Positions 54,741-64,000 of a stretch of 64,000 bases of DNA are shown piece by piece. The stretch is from Gemmatimonadota bacterium (GTDB lineage: Bacteria > Gemmatimonadota > Gemmatimonadetes > Longimicrobiales > Gaopeijiaceae), in the NCBI GenBank assembly GCA_028873815.1, contig JAPPNN010000004.1:80829-144828 (forward strand). The letters run 5' to 3'. The position numbers and the translations under genes were made by a program. Within the stretch, counting starts at the first letter, position 1. Every line of letters begins with the position of its first letter. The notes below the pieces were generated by a model. That model worked only from the letters and a program-made list of their open reading frames with translations, was not told where the DNA came from and ran no database searches.

Positions 54741-56557
54741 TGAATCATGAAGATCGCGGGCTGCGCCAGCTGGACCTCGTTCAATTCCTCCTGGCTCGCG
54801 TTGAAGCAGGCGTCGCGCAGGGACACTTCGCAGTGCTCACGCCACTCCTCCTCGACGGCATCGACCACGCGCCGGAAGACGGGGTCCGCGTCGTACAGCG
54901 CTTGTCCGCAACCCGCCCACTGCGTGCCCTGTCCGGAGAACACCATGGCCACGCGGGGCTCACCTTCTTCCACGGTGGAGACGGGTTCCGGGTCGTCCAC
55001 AAACGCGTCCAGTGCCTTGGCGAGCCGGCCCCGGTCTCGCACGGCGAACGCGGCACGCGCCGCAAAATGACTGCGTCGTCGGCCGAGATTGCCCGCCAGG
55101 GTGTAGAGGTCGTTTTTCCGCTCGTCGAGAACGGTCCGCAGGCTCCGTGCGCTCTCAACCAGAGCGTTCGTCGTACGTGCGGACAGCGGAACCATGTATC
55201 CGGCGTCGGGGGCCAGGGGCTCCGACCACACCCTTGCTTGCGCTGGCCGATACTCCCTCACCACGCAGTGCCCATTGGCGCCGCCGAACCCGAAGGAGTT
55301 GATCCCGACTACGACCGGACGGTCTGGGAAGGGTTCGCAGGCGGTCTGCACCTGCATCGGGCAGCTGTCGAAGTCGATCTCGAGGTTAGGAGCCAGGAAA
55401 TTCCTGGAAATGGGCGCAAAAGCTCGTTGCCGCATCATGAGAACGACTTTCAGCAGAGCGGCGCTGAACGCCGCTGCTTCGAGGTGCCCCACATTGCTCT
55501 TCACGCTGGCCACGCGCAGCGGGACCTCGCGTTCGACGCCCCCGAACGCCTCGGCTATCGCATTGCCCTCGATGCGGTCTCCTACGACGGTGCCGGTCGC
55601 ATGCGCCTCGATATAGTCGAAGTCCCCCGGCTCCAGTCCCGCCCGAGCGCAGGCCGCGCGCATCAGTTCGACCTGCGAATGACGGGTCGGCGCGGTGATG
55701 TAGCGCCCCTGCGCCATTCCCGCGGCGTCGTCGGCGGTACCGGCCGTGTTGACCGCGGTGGCCTCGATAACCGCGAAGATGTGGTCGCCGTCCCTCTCGG
55801 CCGCTTCCAGTGGCTTGATCGCGAAAACGAAAGCCCCTTCCGCCCGCATGTATCCGTTGGCGTCGGCATCGAATGAATGACAACGGCCGTCCGGACTGAT
55901 CACACCGAGTGCATTGAACGAGGCGCTGCAGCGTGCCGACCCCAGATAGGTCGCGGCCCCCACAAGAGCCCGGTCACAGTCGCCTTGCCGTAGCGAGTTC
56001 ATGGCCGTGTGCAGCGCGGTCAGGGACGCCGAGCAGGCCGTGGAGCACGCGATCGACGGCCCCATGAGGTTGAGGTGGTAGGAGATGCGGTTCGCCAGCA
56101 TCGAGGCGTCGATGCTCAGAATGGAGAATTCGTTGGTGCCGTAAAGGGCCCGCCAATTGGCAGTCGACGCGACCTGCGCCCCGATGAAGACGCCCGTTGG
56201 GCTGTTGCGTAGCGAGTTCAGATCCCAGCCGGCGTGTTCGCAGCTTTCCCATGAGCAGCCCAGCAACATCCGGATCTGCGGATCCATGTAGGCCATCTCA
56301 TTGCGCGAGACCCCGAACAGGCTGCCGTCCATCCGCTGCTCGCCCTCGTCCCGGATCAGCCCTTCGTACGCGCTGCCGAAGCGACCGGGTCCGGAGAAGT
56401 CGCCGATCGGCTGGTAGCCTCGACCGTACCGGTCGGTGACCGGCTCCCGGACGACCTCGCGTCGGCTGAGAAGGCGCCAGAAGTCGCTGTCGGTACGAAT
56501 CCCGCCGGGCATTCGGTAGGAGTACCCGACGATAGCAGCGGGACCAGGGGGGCTCAT
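54665..56557 (-). CDS. type I polyketide synthase, upstream portion: KS plus the N-terminal half of AT, ending at GHS
   Basis: KS active-site motifs STACSASL, EAHATGT and KSNVGHLEAAA. AT start VAMVFSGQGTQWAGCG. The ORF stops 3 codons after ...CVVGHS, in the middle of the AT nucleophile motif. Confidence 0.9.
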   Translation of the reverse strand: MSPPGPAAIVGYSYRMPGGIRTDSDFWRLLSRREVVREPVTDRYGRGYQPIGDFSGPGRFGSAYEGLIRDEGEQRMDGSLFGVSRNEMAYMDPQIRMLLGCSWESCEHAGWDLNSLRNSPTGVFIGAQVASTANWRALYGTNEFSILSIDASMLANRISYHLNLMGPSIACSTACSASLTALHTAMNSLRQGDCDRALVGAATYLGSARCSASFNALGVISPDGRCHSFDADANGYMRAEGAFVFAIKPLEAAERDGDHIFAVIEATAVNTAGTADDAAGMAQGRYITAPTRHSQVELMRAACARAGLEPGDFDYIEAHATGTVVGDRIEGNAIAEAFGGVEREVPLRVASVKSNVGHLEAAAFSAALLKVVLMMRQRAFAPISRNFLAPNLEIDFDSCPMQVQTACEPFPDRPVVVGINSFGFGGANGHCVVREYRPAQARVWSEPLAPDAGYMVPLSARTTNALVESARSLRTVLDERKNDLYTLAGNLGRRRSHFAARAAFAVRDRGRLAKALDAFVDDPEPVSTVEEGEPRVAMVFSGQGTQWAGCGQALYDADPVFRRVVDAVEEEWREHCEVSLRDACFNASQEELNEVQLAQPAIFMIQCALVELLSTWGVQPDCVVGHSSAK

Positions 56558-56597
56558 GAGGCGGTTCCTTGCCTCCTCGCCGGCGGGTGCGGCGATG

Positions 56598-56879
56598 CTA
56601 TGAAGCGTCGACTACTCCCTGAACCGCCTGGCCGGCGGTGTCGAACATCATCTGGAGCCACTTCTTGCGCCGCGCGCGGAAGTCCTTGACCAGATCCCAC
56701 AGATCGTCACGGATCTGTTCGGTCGCTGCTTCCCGTAGCTCATCGGACAGGGTGGTGTTGTTCTCGAACTCGTACTTTGCGATCGCGAAGTCGGCGACGT
56801 CGAGGATGTTCTCACCGACGATCTGCAGATCGACGGCTTTTTTCAGTGTGATGGGTCTGTCGAAGCTGCGGTTGTCCAT
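56598..56879 (-). CDS. small acidic hypothetical protein (93 aa), first gene of the PKS operon
   Basis: Clean ATG-to-TAG ORF with GC3 bias. 40 nt upstream of the KS start on the same strand. No signal peptide and no recognisable motif. Confidence 0.55.
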   Translation of the reverse strand: MDNRSFDRPITLKKAVDLQIVGENILDVADFAIAKYEFENNTTLSDELREAATEQIRDDLWDLVKDFRARRKKWLQMMFDTAGQAVQGVVDAS

Positions 56880-57193
56880 GGTGCGCGTCCGTGTAGGAGG
56901 ATGATGGAATGATGATGAAACGCTGATCTATAATGACACGCCGACCGACCGTTTGCCAGACGCCGCTGCATGGCCGGCGCCGTTTCTGTCGCATGAATGA
57001 CCGGATTTGTCGTAGTCCTGCAGGTTGCGCGCCCTGCCCGTTCGCTGGAGACGAGCGAATCCGACCCTTTCGTCCGGATCGATCGATCAACACAATCAAA
57101 CGGACGGGCCGCAACGCGGGATGGACCAACGCGTCACGGACCAGACCGATCACTCAAAGGGATGTCACCCGCTTGAACCGCGCTTGCCATCTG

Positions 57194-58462
57194 ATGACCG
57201 CGCTCGGCGTGCTTCTGGCGTTCGCCTGCACGGCCGACGCACCGGGCAACGCCTCCACAGCCAGCGACGACCCTGCGGCCGGCAACGGCTCTGCCGCCGG
57301 CAACGCCCCCGCACGAGCCGGCGATTCCGCGCCCGACCCCGTATCGGCCCGGGACGAAGCCGACGACGGCTCGCCCGCGCTCGACCTCGAGACCGCGCTC
57401 GCTCTGGCGGCCATGCCGCTCTCGTGTGTCGACCGGCCGCACGCGCTACGGCCCGACCGCGCCGGGTATCTGGACGATGTCGCCTACGCGCGCCGTCGCG
57501 GGTTCGAGCAGGACCGCGCCTTCTACGGCTGTTGGGATTGGCACTCGGCCGTGAACTCCACCTGGGCGATGGTGCGCCTCATGAAGGAGGTCCCGGAACT
57601 CTCCGTCGCCCCGCTAATTCGCGAGAAGCTGCGCGACCACCTCTCCGAGTCGGCGATGGCGGGCGAGTTGCAGTACCTGACCGACAATCCGTCGTTCGAG
57701 AGGCCCTACGGATGGGCGTGGCTCCTCCTGCTGCACGCAGAGTTCACGTCTTGGGACGACCCTGACGCGGCAACTTGGGCCGAGCGGCTGGTCCCGGTCA
57801 CGGACCTGGTGGCGGAGCGGTTGGCCGACTATCTGGCGGAGCTGGAGACACCCGTGCGGACCGGCGTGCATCCGAACACGGCCTTCGCGATCGCCATGAG
57901 TCTGCAGGCCACGGCAATGGCCGGGCGACCCGAACTGGAGGAGGTTCTGAGGAACGCCGCTGTCCGCTTCTTCGCGGGCGATCGCGGTTGTCCGACCGCC
58001 TACGAGCCGGGCCGGTCCGACTTCGTGTCGCCCTGTCTCGAAGAAGCGGCGCTGATGGCCAAGGTGATGGAACGGGCCGACTACGTGACGTGGCTGGATG
58101 ACTTCCTCCCCCCTATCGACTCGAACGACTTCGCCAACCTCCGCAACCCGGCTCCGGCCGGACCCGCTGACTCTCCCCCGTCGGAGGGCGGCGCGGTCAT
58201 CACCAACGACTCGCTGCGCGCGGCCCTGGGTGCACGCTCGCACCTGATCGGCCTTGCCTTCACGCGGGCCGACGCCATGTTGCGAATCGCGGGTGCCCTG
58301 CCCGCGGACGATCCCCGTGCCCAGCCGATCCGGGCGCTCGCGTCGGAGCACGCGCGTGCCGGGTTCGACACCATGTTCGACGCCGACTACGCGGGGTCCC
58401 ACTGGATCGGTTCGTTCGCGGTCAAGTACCTGGTTCAGGCAACGGAAGGGAGCATCTCATGA
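57194..58462 (+). CDS. DUF2891 domain-containing lipoprotein
   Basis: MTALGVLLAFAC lipobox. FYGCWDWHSAVNSTWAMVRL...ERPYGWAWLLLL...HPNTAFA is the characteristic DUF2891 motif series. Confidence 0.8.
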   Translation: MTALGVLLAFACTADAPGNASTASDDPAAGNGSAAGNAPARAGDSAPDPVSARDEADDGSPALDLETALALAAMPLSCVDRPHALRPDRAGYLDDVAYARRRGFEQDRAFYGCWDWHSAVNSTWAMVRLMKEVPELSVAPLIREKLRDHLSESAMAGELQYLTDNPSFERPYGWAWLLLLHAEFTSWDDPDAATWAERLVPVTDLVAERLADYLAELETPVRTGVHPNTAFAIAMSLQATAMAGRPELEEVLRNAAVRFFAGDRGCPTAYEPGRSDFVSPCLEEAALMAKVMERADYVTWLDDFLPPIDSNDFANLRNPAPAGPADSPPSEGGAVITNDSLRAALGARSHLIGLAFTRADAMLRIAGALPADDPRAQPIRALASEHARAGFDTMFDADYAGSHWIGSFAVKYLVQATEGSIS

Positions 58463-59667
58463 GGAAAGTCAAGGACTGCATGCACTTTGTGCTAGCACTT
58501 TCGGTGCTTGCTGGCGCACTGGGGACAGTGGTTGCGGCCCGGCACGCGGCCGCGCAGGCGCCGGTCGTCACGCGCGCGACGCCTGCCGAAGCGGGGATGT
58601 CCGCGGGCGTGCTCGGCGGAGCGGTCGCGCTCTACGAGGAGGCCGTGGCGAAGGACGAGTTGGTCGGCGCGGTGCTGCTGGTCGCGCGGGGTGGGAAGGT
58701 CGTCCTTCACGAGGCGGTGGGATGGCGGGACCAGGCGCGCGGCTTGCCGATGGAGCCCAACACGCTGTTCCGCATGGCTTCCAACACGAAGCCGGTGGTG
58801 GCGACGGGCATCGCCATGCTCTTGGAGGACGACAAGCTGGCCTATGACGACCTGGTGCGCGAGCACATTCCGGAGTGGGACAACTACCGGGCCGGATTCG
58901 TCAACATCGGCCACCTGCTCTCGCATTCGAGCGGCCTCAGGATCCCGACGCTCTTCCTGCAGCCGTACATGCAGCCGAGCGCCGCACACCCGGACGCGCC
59001 GACCCTGCAGCTGGAGGCCGCGCGCTTCGGCGAGGTGGGCGCCGAGGTGACGCCGGGTACCAGCTACAGCTACAACAACCCCGGGTACAACACTCTGGGG
59101 GCGTTGACCGAGATGGCGTCGGGGATGCCGCTGGACGCGTACCTCGACCAGGAGTTGTACACGCCGCTGGGCATGCACGACAGCTACCATCACGAGATCG
59201 ACGAGAAGATGGACGGCAAGCTCGACCGCATGTCGGTGGTCTACTACCAGCGCGATGGCGAGGGCGCGTGGATGCCGGGCTGGACGCCGGGGGATCCGCC
59301 GCAGGTGCCGTTCGTTCGCGCTTCGGGGGGCATGATCTCGACGGCCGAGGACTACGTGATCTTCTGCCAGATGTTCCTGAACGGCGGGGTGTACGACGGG
59401 CGGCGCTACCTGTCGGAGGAATCGGTGGCGCTGATGACCACCCCGAAGATCCGCACCAACCCGGGATCGGACGGTCCGGCCAGCTACTACGGGTACGGGT
59501 GGTCGGTTTCGCACGAAGGCGTGTTCTCGCACGGCGGGTCCGACGGGACGAACGCCTTCGTCGACCCCGCGAACGGGCTGATCGTACTGGTGTTCACCCA
59601 GACGCCGAGGGGGAACAACCCGGTGCGGCGCTTCCTGGAGCTGGTGTACCAGGCGATCGACGAGTAG
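58459..59667 (+). CDS. beta-lactamase-fold serine hydrolase (class C / esterase family), secreted
   Basis: Signal peptide. S-x-x-K motif FRMASNTKP, then YSYNNPGY and HGGSDGT. The start overlaps the upstream stop by 4 nt. Confidence 0.85.
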   Translation: MRKVKDCMHFVLALSVLAGALGTVVAARHAAAQAPVVTRATPAEAGMSAGVLGGAVALYEEAVAKDELVGAVLLVARGGKVVLHEAVGWRDQARGLPMEPNTLFRMASNTKPVVATGIAMLLEDDKLAYDDLVREHIPEWDNYRAGFVNIGHLLSHSSGLRIPTLFLQPYMQPSAAHPDAPTLQLEAARFGEVGAEVTPGTSYSYNNPGYNTLGALTEMASGMPLDAYLDQELYTPLGMHDSYHHEIDEKMDGKLDRMSVVYYQRDGEGAWMPGWTPGDPPQVPFVRASGGMISTAEDYVIFCQMFLNGGVYDGRRYLSEESVALMTTPKIRTNPGSDGPASYYGYGWSVSHEGVFSHGGSDGTNAFVDPANGLIVLVFTQTPRGNNPVRRFLELVYQAIDE

Positions 59668-59724
59668 GCCGGTAAGCAGGGCGGCGGGCCCGAAGTCGGG
59701 GCGGTGGGGCCCGCAGACAGCCCG

Positions 59725-61137
59725 CTACGACGCCAAGTGCAGCTGGATGAGGCGCCAGGCTGCTTCGTCGGTCGCCTCGAACGCGGTTTCGCCGCCCTGA
59801 TTCGTTGCCACCAGCACCGCGAAGTCCCTCTCGGGCGCCATCCAGACCACGGCGTACCAGCGCAGGTTGCTGCCGGAATGGGCCAGCGCGCGTCCGCCTG
59901 CCCATTCCCGGTTTGTGACGACCCACCCTGACGCATAGGTGAACCCTTCGGCCGGGGTGTGCAGCCGCTGGATCGTCTCGGGCTGAAGCAGGTCCGCCCG
60001 GCCCTGTTCGCCGGCCAGGTGCATGGCGACATAGCGCCCCAGGTCCTGCATCGTGGCGTGCACCGTCCCGGCGGGACCCAGACCCGGCGGATTGTCGGCA
60101 CGTGGATCGCCCGGTTCCAGCGCGAACCTGCCGGTGCCCTGCCCCAGGTGTCCGCGGGGCTGGTCCATGGCGTTCGGCACCCCCGGGGCGCCGAATCCCG
60201 TGTCGTCCATGCCCAGGGGCGCGAACAGGCGGGTGCGGATGAGGGCTTCCCATTGCTGCCCGGTGACGGCCTCGAGCGCGGCGCCCGCAATCATGTAGCC
60301 AACGTTGGAGTAGTGGTGGGTCTGCAGCGGCGGGAACTCGGGAGCCGTGCCGAGGACCTCCATCGCGAAGGCGCGCCGCTGCGCCGGCAGCGCGTCCGTG
60401 CTGGTGAGCATCTGCGTCCATGTCGCGAACTGGCCGATTTCGTTGGTGAAGCCGCCGCGGTGGGCGAGGATCGGCTCGATGGGGACCGGGCGCAGGTCGG
60501 GATGAATGTTGGGGAAGTCGGGGAAGGCGGCCTCCAGTGTGGTCGTCCATTCCAGAGCGCCGTCCTGGACGAGGATCCCGGCGAGCGTGGACGTCATCGA
60601 CTTCGTGATGGAACCCAGGTGCCACTTGTCATGGATCGTGACCGGGACGAGGGACCCGTGCGCCCGCGTCCCGGCCGCACCCACGGCTACGAGCCGTTCA
60701 CTGGTGACGATTGCGCCGGCGAGACCGATGAGGCCGTGGCGCACTCGCACGCCGAGGAGCAGGGCGGAGATCGGTGATGCGGTGACGGTCAGGGTGGCGG
60801 TGCCTGTCGCCCCCTGGCTGGTGGCGGTGACGGTGGGCGTACCAGGTCCGGCGCCCGTAACCAGACCGTCCTCGCGGGCCCAGGCCTGACCGGCCTCCGA
60901 TGTGGACCAGGTAACGGCGGGGTTGGCGACCGGCTGGCCGTTGGCGCCGGTCACGGTGGCCGTGAAGCGGATTGTGTCACCCACCTCGACGGACGCGGTG
61001 GCGGGGGTCACGTGGACGGTGGCCGTGGGGGTGGGTGGAGCGACCGGGGTGGTGGGCTCGTCGGAGGTGCCGCACGCGGCTGCGAGTAGCGCGGCGGCCG
61101 CGACGACGGTCGCCAGCGGTGGGCGGACGGTCCGCAC
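59725..61137 (-). CDS. lipoprotein with a Big_2-like Ig domain fused to a beta-lactamase-fold serine hydrolase
   Basis: Lipobox LLAAAC. The Ig-like segment VHVTPATASVEVGDTIRFTATVTGANG...TATLTVT is followed by the S-x-x-K motif LGSITKSMT and YSNVGY. Confidence 0.8.
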   Translation of the reverse strand: MRTVRPPLATVVAAAALLAAACGTSDEPTTPVAPPTPTATVHVTPATASVEVGDTIRFTATVTGANGQPVANPAVTWSTSEAGQAWAREDGLVTGAGPGTPTVTATSQGATGTATLTVTASPISALLLGVRVRHGLIGLAGAIVTSERLVAVGAAGTRAHGSLVPVTIHDKWHLGSITKSMTSTLAGILVQDGALEWTTTLEAAFPDFPNIHPDLRPVPIEPILAHRGGFTNEIGQFATWTQMLTSTDALPAQRRAFAMEVLGTAPEFPPLQTHHYSNVGYMIAGAALEAVTGQQWEALIRTRLFAPLGMDDTGFGAPGVPNAMDQPRGHLGQGTGRFALEPGDPRADNPPGLGPAGTVHATMQDLGRYVAMHLAGEQGRADLLQPETIQRLHTPAEGFTYASGWVVTNREWAGGRALAHSGSNLRWYAVVWMAPERDFAVLVATNQGGETAFEATDEAAWRLIQLHLAS

Positions 61138-61155
61138 GGCGCCTCCTCCGCCCCG

Positions 61156-62052
61156 TCAGGCGGCTCCTCGTTTTCGCCAATAGCGGGCCAGCCCCCACCA
61201 GGAATCGAAGAACCCCGAGGCGGTCCCGTACAGGTCGGTGTGTGCCGGGGACACCTTCCGGCCGATCCGAGCCGTGACCCATTCGGCAAACGCCGTGGCA
61301 CGGTTCCGGTCGCTCGCGAAGGCATCATCGTCCAGCGACTCGCGCACCCGCAGCGCCCACGCGTCCAGCTCGCCGGCGAGTTCGCCGAAATGCGCTTCGA
61401 TGTCGCCGTACGGACCGAAGTGCGTGGCCACGACCCGCTCCGGATCCCACGCCATCACCCTGTCCATGCTGGCCTTCCACAACTCCACATCGATGTCCGG
61501 CGGCGGCGTCACGGGAATCGCCGGCCCGCCCCGAATCCGGATGCCGCCGACGTCCCCCACCCAGGCCGTACCCGTCGCGGCCTCGCAGTAGGCGACGTGG
61601 TGCTTGGCGTGCCCGGGTACATACGCGACCTCGAAACGGCGTCCGCCCGGCGCGACGGTGTCCCCCTCGTCGACCACGCGGATCGACCGGCGCGGCACGG
61701 GGAGGAACTCGCCCCACAACGTGGCCATCGCGTCGCCGTAGATCCGCCCCGCCGAGGCGAGCAGGCGCGACGGGTCCGCCATGTGGGGCGCGCCCACCGC
61801 GTGCACGTATACGATCGCGCCAGGCGCCTCCCGCACGATGGCGCCGGCCGCCGTGGCGTGGTCGAGGTGGATGTGGGTGAGGAGAATGGCGCGGACATCG
61901 TTCAGCGTGCGCCCCAGCCCGGCGAGACCGGCGCGCAGGTCGTCCAGGCGTGCCTCCGGACCCGGATCGACCAGCGCGACGCCGCCCTCCGGGAGTTCCA
62001 GCACGCCCACGCCGATGATCGTGGCCTGGCCCTGGTGGTGCAGGTCGACCAT
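61156..62052 (-). CDS. MBL-fold metallo-hydrolase
   Basis: Start at MVDLHHQGQATIIGV. LTHIHLDHATAAG (HxHxDH) and later YVPGHAKHH. The upstream 195 codons of the ORF are Gly/Arg/Pro-rich and are rejected. Confidence 0.8.
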   Translation of the reverse strand: MVDLHHQGQATIIGVGVLELPEGGVALVDPGPEARLDDLRAGLAGLGRTLNDVRAILLTHIHLDHATAAGAIVREAPGAIVYVHAVGAPHMADPSRLLASAGRIYGDAMATLWGEFLPVPRRSIRVVDEGDTVAPGGRRFEVAYVPGHAKHHVAYCEAATGTAWVGDVGGIRIRGGPAIPVTPPPDIDVELWKASMDRVMAWDPERVVATHFGPYGDIEAHFGELAGELDAWALRVRESLDDDAFASDRNRATAFAEWVTARIGRKVSPAHTDLYGTASGFFDSWWGLARYWRKRGAA

Positions 62053-62183
62053 CGCCGCGCCGCCCGCGATGTCAAGCGCCCCCGAGGTCGCCGCGTTCCC
62101 GCCGTCCGCGCCGTGCCCGACGCCATGTGTCGCCGAGGCCGCCGTGCCGGGCGCGCCGTCCTCCCGCAGGCTCCCCGCGACCG

Positions 62184-64000
62184 TCACCTGCCGCCCTCTT
62201 CGGTCGTCATCGGATCCTTGTGACTTCCCCACTTCTCGAACCACTTCCGCAGGTAAAGCTGGGTGCGCAGAAAGTTCGACGGGCGCCGGCTGGTGCCGTG
62301 CCACTCGCCCTGGAAGCGCACCATGACCGTGGGGACGCCCAGGTACTGCAGCGCCTGGTACATCTCCTCGGTCTGCGGCATGGGCGTGCGGATGTCCATC
62401 TCGCCGGTCAGGAACATCGTGGGCGTGGTGACGTTGCCGACATAGAAGATGGACGACCGGTCGATCCACTCGGCCGGGTCCTCCCAGAATGGCTTTTCGA
62501 AGGTGCGGAAGTAGCTGATCGCATCGGAGGTGCCCATCGCCGAGATCCAGTTCACGATGGGGCAGTTGGCGGACGCGGCGCGGAAGCGGTCGGTGTTGCC
62601 GACGATGTAGCTGGTCAGGATGCCGCCGCCCGAGCACCCGTAGACGAAGACGTTCTCCTCGTCGACGTAGCCGCGCGCGAGCATCTCGTCGACGCCGTTC
62701 ATGAGGTCGGGGAAGTCGGCGCCGGGGTAGTCGTGGTTGATCGCGTTGGCGAACTCGGTGCCGTAGCCGGTGGAGCCCCGGGGGTTGGTGTAGAGGACGA
62801 CGTAATCGTTCGCGGCGTGCTCCTGGAACGCGAAGTTGAAGCCCCCGTTGTACATGGCGTGCGGACCGCCGTGGATGACGAGCATCATGGGGTACTTGCG
62901 CGAAGGGTCGAAGTCGGGCGGCTTCACGATCCAGCCCTGGATCTGGAAGTCGTCGGTCGAGTCGTACCAGATCTCCTCGACTTCGCCGAGTTCGACGTGG
63001 CCGAGGACGTCGGTGTGGACGTCGGTCAGTCGTGTTACCGCTTCGGGGTGCGTGAGGTTGAAGCGGTAGATGTCGCCCGGCTCGTGGGCGCTGGAGATCG
63101 TGCCCACGGCGACCCCGTCGTCGGAGAAGGACGACATGGCGAAGAGGTGCTCGCCCGATGTGAGCATGTTGACGCCCCGTTCCAGCGACACGAAGTGAAG
63201 CTGGCGGTAGCCGTCGCGGCTGACGTTGAAGTAGAGGCCGCCGCCGTCCGGGGCCCAGGTCATGGGGCCCACCTGCCGGTCATGGTCGCCCGAGATGACG
63301 CGCGAGCCGGAGCCGTCGCGGTTCATGACGTAAATCTGCTGATTGCGGTAGGTGTCGTCGTGCGCGTCGATGCCGGTGTAGGCGATGAGCGAGCCGTCGG
63401 GCGAGGGGACGGGACTGCCGTCGGGGCCGCGGCGGTCGGTCAACTGGCGGATTTCGCCGCTGGCGACGGATACGGCGTAGATCTCCGACTCCTGCCAGTG
63501 CTCGGGCCGGTCGGCTTCCTGGTGGCGGAACGAGGTAAAGTAGATCTCGGTTCCGTCCGGACTCCACTCGATGGAGGAGTGGTTCCAGTCCCCGTCGGTG
63601 AGCTGCCGGGGGGTTCCTCCGCCGGCCGGCACGACGAAGACGTGTGTCCACCCCGTGTCGATGTAGCCGACGCCGTCGCGCTTGTAGGCGGGCCGTTCGA
63701 CCACCTTCGGTTCGCGCTCCCACTCGGCACCATCGGGTCTGGCGGGCAGATCGACCCCCGCGAAGTCGGCCCTGTCCGACACCCGGCTGGTAAACGCGAT
63801 CCAGTTGCCGTCGGGCGACCAGCGGGGGTTGGAGGGCCCGTTTTCGAGCCGCGTGATCGGCGTGGACAGGCCCTCGGCATCCATCCAGCGGACGTGGAGT
63901 TGCAAGCCGCCCGGGTCGCCCGGCGCCGTGTAGAGGATGCGGGTGCCGTCGGGTGACCACCTGCCGCCGGAGCCGTCCACGAGGTGCCGCTCCCTCGTGC
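62184..64000 (-). CDS. S9 family peptidase (PD40 propeller plus prolyl-oligopeptidase-type catalytic domain), 5'-partial
   Basis: Repeated WSPDG blades. Catalytic GCSGGG elbow and C-terminal alpha/beta-hydrolase region. The frame stays open upstream of the listed GTG through to the window edge. Confidence 0.85.
   Translation of the reverse strand, partial: TRERHLVDGSGGRWSPDGTRILYTAPGDPGGLQLHVRWMDAEGLSTPITRLENGPSNPRWSPDGNWIAFTSRVSDRADFAGVDLPARPDGAEWEREPKVVERPAYKRDGVGYIDTGWTHVFVVPAGGGTPRQLTDGDWNHSSIEWSPDGTEIYFTSFRHQEADRPEHWQESEIYAVSVASGEIRQLTDRRGPDGSPVPSPDGSLIAYTGIDAHDDTYRNQQIYVMNRDGSGSRVISGDHDRQVGPMTWAPDGGGLYFNVSRDGYRQLHFVSLERGVNMLTSGEHLFAMSSFSDDGVAVGTISSAHEPGDIYRFNLTHPEAVTRLTDVHTDVLGHVELGEVEEIWYDSTDDFQIQGWIVKPPDFDPSRKYPMMLVIHGGPHAMYNGGFNFAFQEHAANDYVVLYTNPRGSTGYGTEFANAINHDYPGADFPDLMNGVDEMLARGYVDEENVFVYGCSGGGILTSYIVGNTDRFRAASANCPIVNWISAMGTSDAISYFRTFEKPFWEDPAEWIDRSSIFYVGNVTTPTMFLTGEMDIRTPMPQTEEMYQALQYLGVPTVMVRFQGEWHGTSRRPSNFLRTQLYLRKWFEKWGSHKDPMTTEEGGR

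Noticed and set aside
61156-62637. Full 493-aa ORF as the MBL-fold hydrolase gene.
   Set aside because: The first ~195 codons are low-complexity and have no homology pattern. MBL-fold homologues begin close to the MVDLHHQG... methionine at 62052.
1-64000. CRISPR arrays, rRNA/tRNA genes, transposases, integrases, phage genes, or known defence-system cores such as restriction-modification, CBASS, retrons and Cas.
   Set aside because: I searched by eye for regularly spaced repeats, for structured RNA-like GC-poor gaps, and for hallmark protein motifs (DDE, Tyr-recombinase RHRY context, nuclease/helicase giants). None were found. The only toxin-like element is the vapBC pair.

Overview
GC-rich bacterial chromosomal segment with strong GC3 bias in real frames and many Arg/Pro/Gly-rich shadow ORFs on the opposite strands. 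I support about 47 protein-coding genes and see no rRNA, tRNA, CRISPR array, transposase or integrase. All functional calls come from reading motifs in the supplied translations; no searches were run. Gene content (SusC/SusD-like pairs in a very GC-rich background, many exported peptidases and hydrolases, DUF3526 ABC-2 permeases) suggests a Gemmatimonadota-like or similar organism, but this is inference only. Layout, left to right: DUF1697 gene and an orphan imuA-like gene; FAD-linked oxidase; a minus-strand operon of one small exported Cys/His protein, one ABC ATPase and four tandem paralogous ABC-2/DUF3526 permeases; S9 peptidase, SusC-like (frameshifted), SusD-like and a stand-alone plug-like lipoprotein; amidohydrolase; MATE; Tat-SDR; a three-gene secreted-protein operon (LVIVD propeller, unknown protein, LRR/cadherin-like/leishmanolysin-like lipoprotein with HQxxH); vapBC; proC; PD40-amidohydrolase giant; DUF3179; multicopper oxidase and DinB; second SusC/SusD pair; DCC oxidoreductase; BNR/Asp-box protein, MoaD/ThiS-like (C-terminal GG), membrane protein and Tat-amidase. 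Next comes the most unusual locus at 45.1-56.9 kb on the minus strand: a small acidic ORF, a FAS/MAS-like single-module type I PKS (KS-AT-DH-degenerate MT-like-ER-KR-ACP), a thioester-reductase/sulfotransferase fusion and a B12-binding radical SAM enzyme. The window ends with DUF2891, two beta-lactamase-fold serine hydrolases, an MBL-fold hydrolase and a partial S9 peptidase. Two long genes (SusC-like and the PKS) each carry an apparent single-base deletion. These may be assembly errors or real pseudogenisation.
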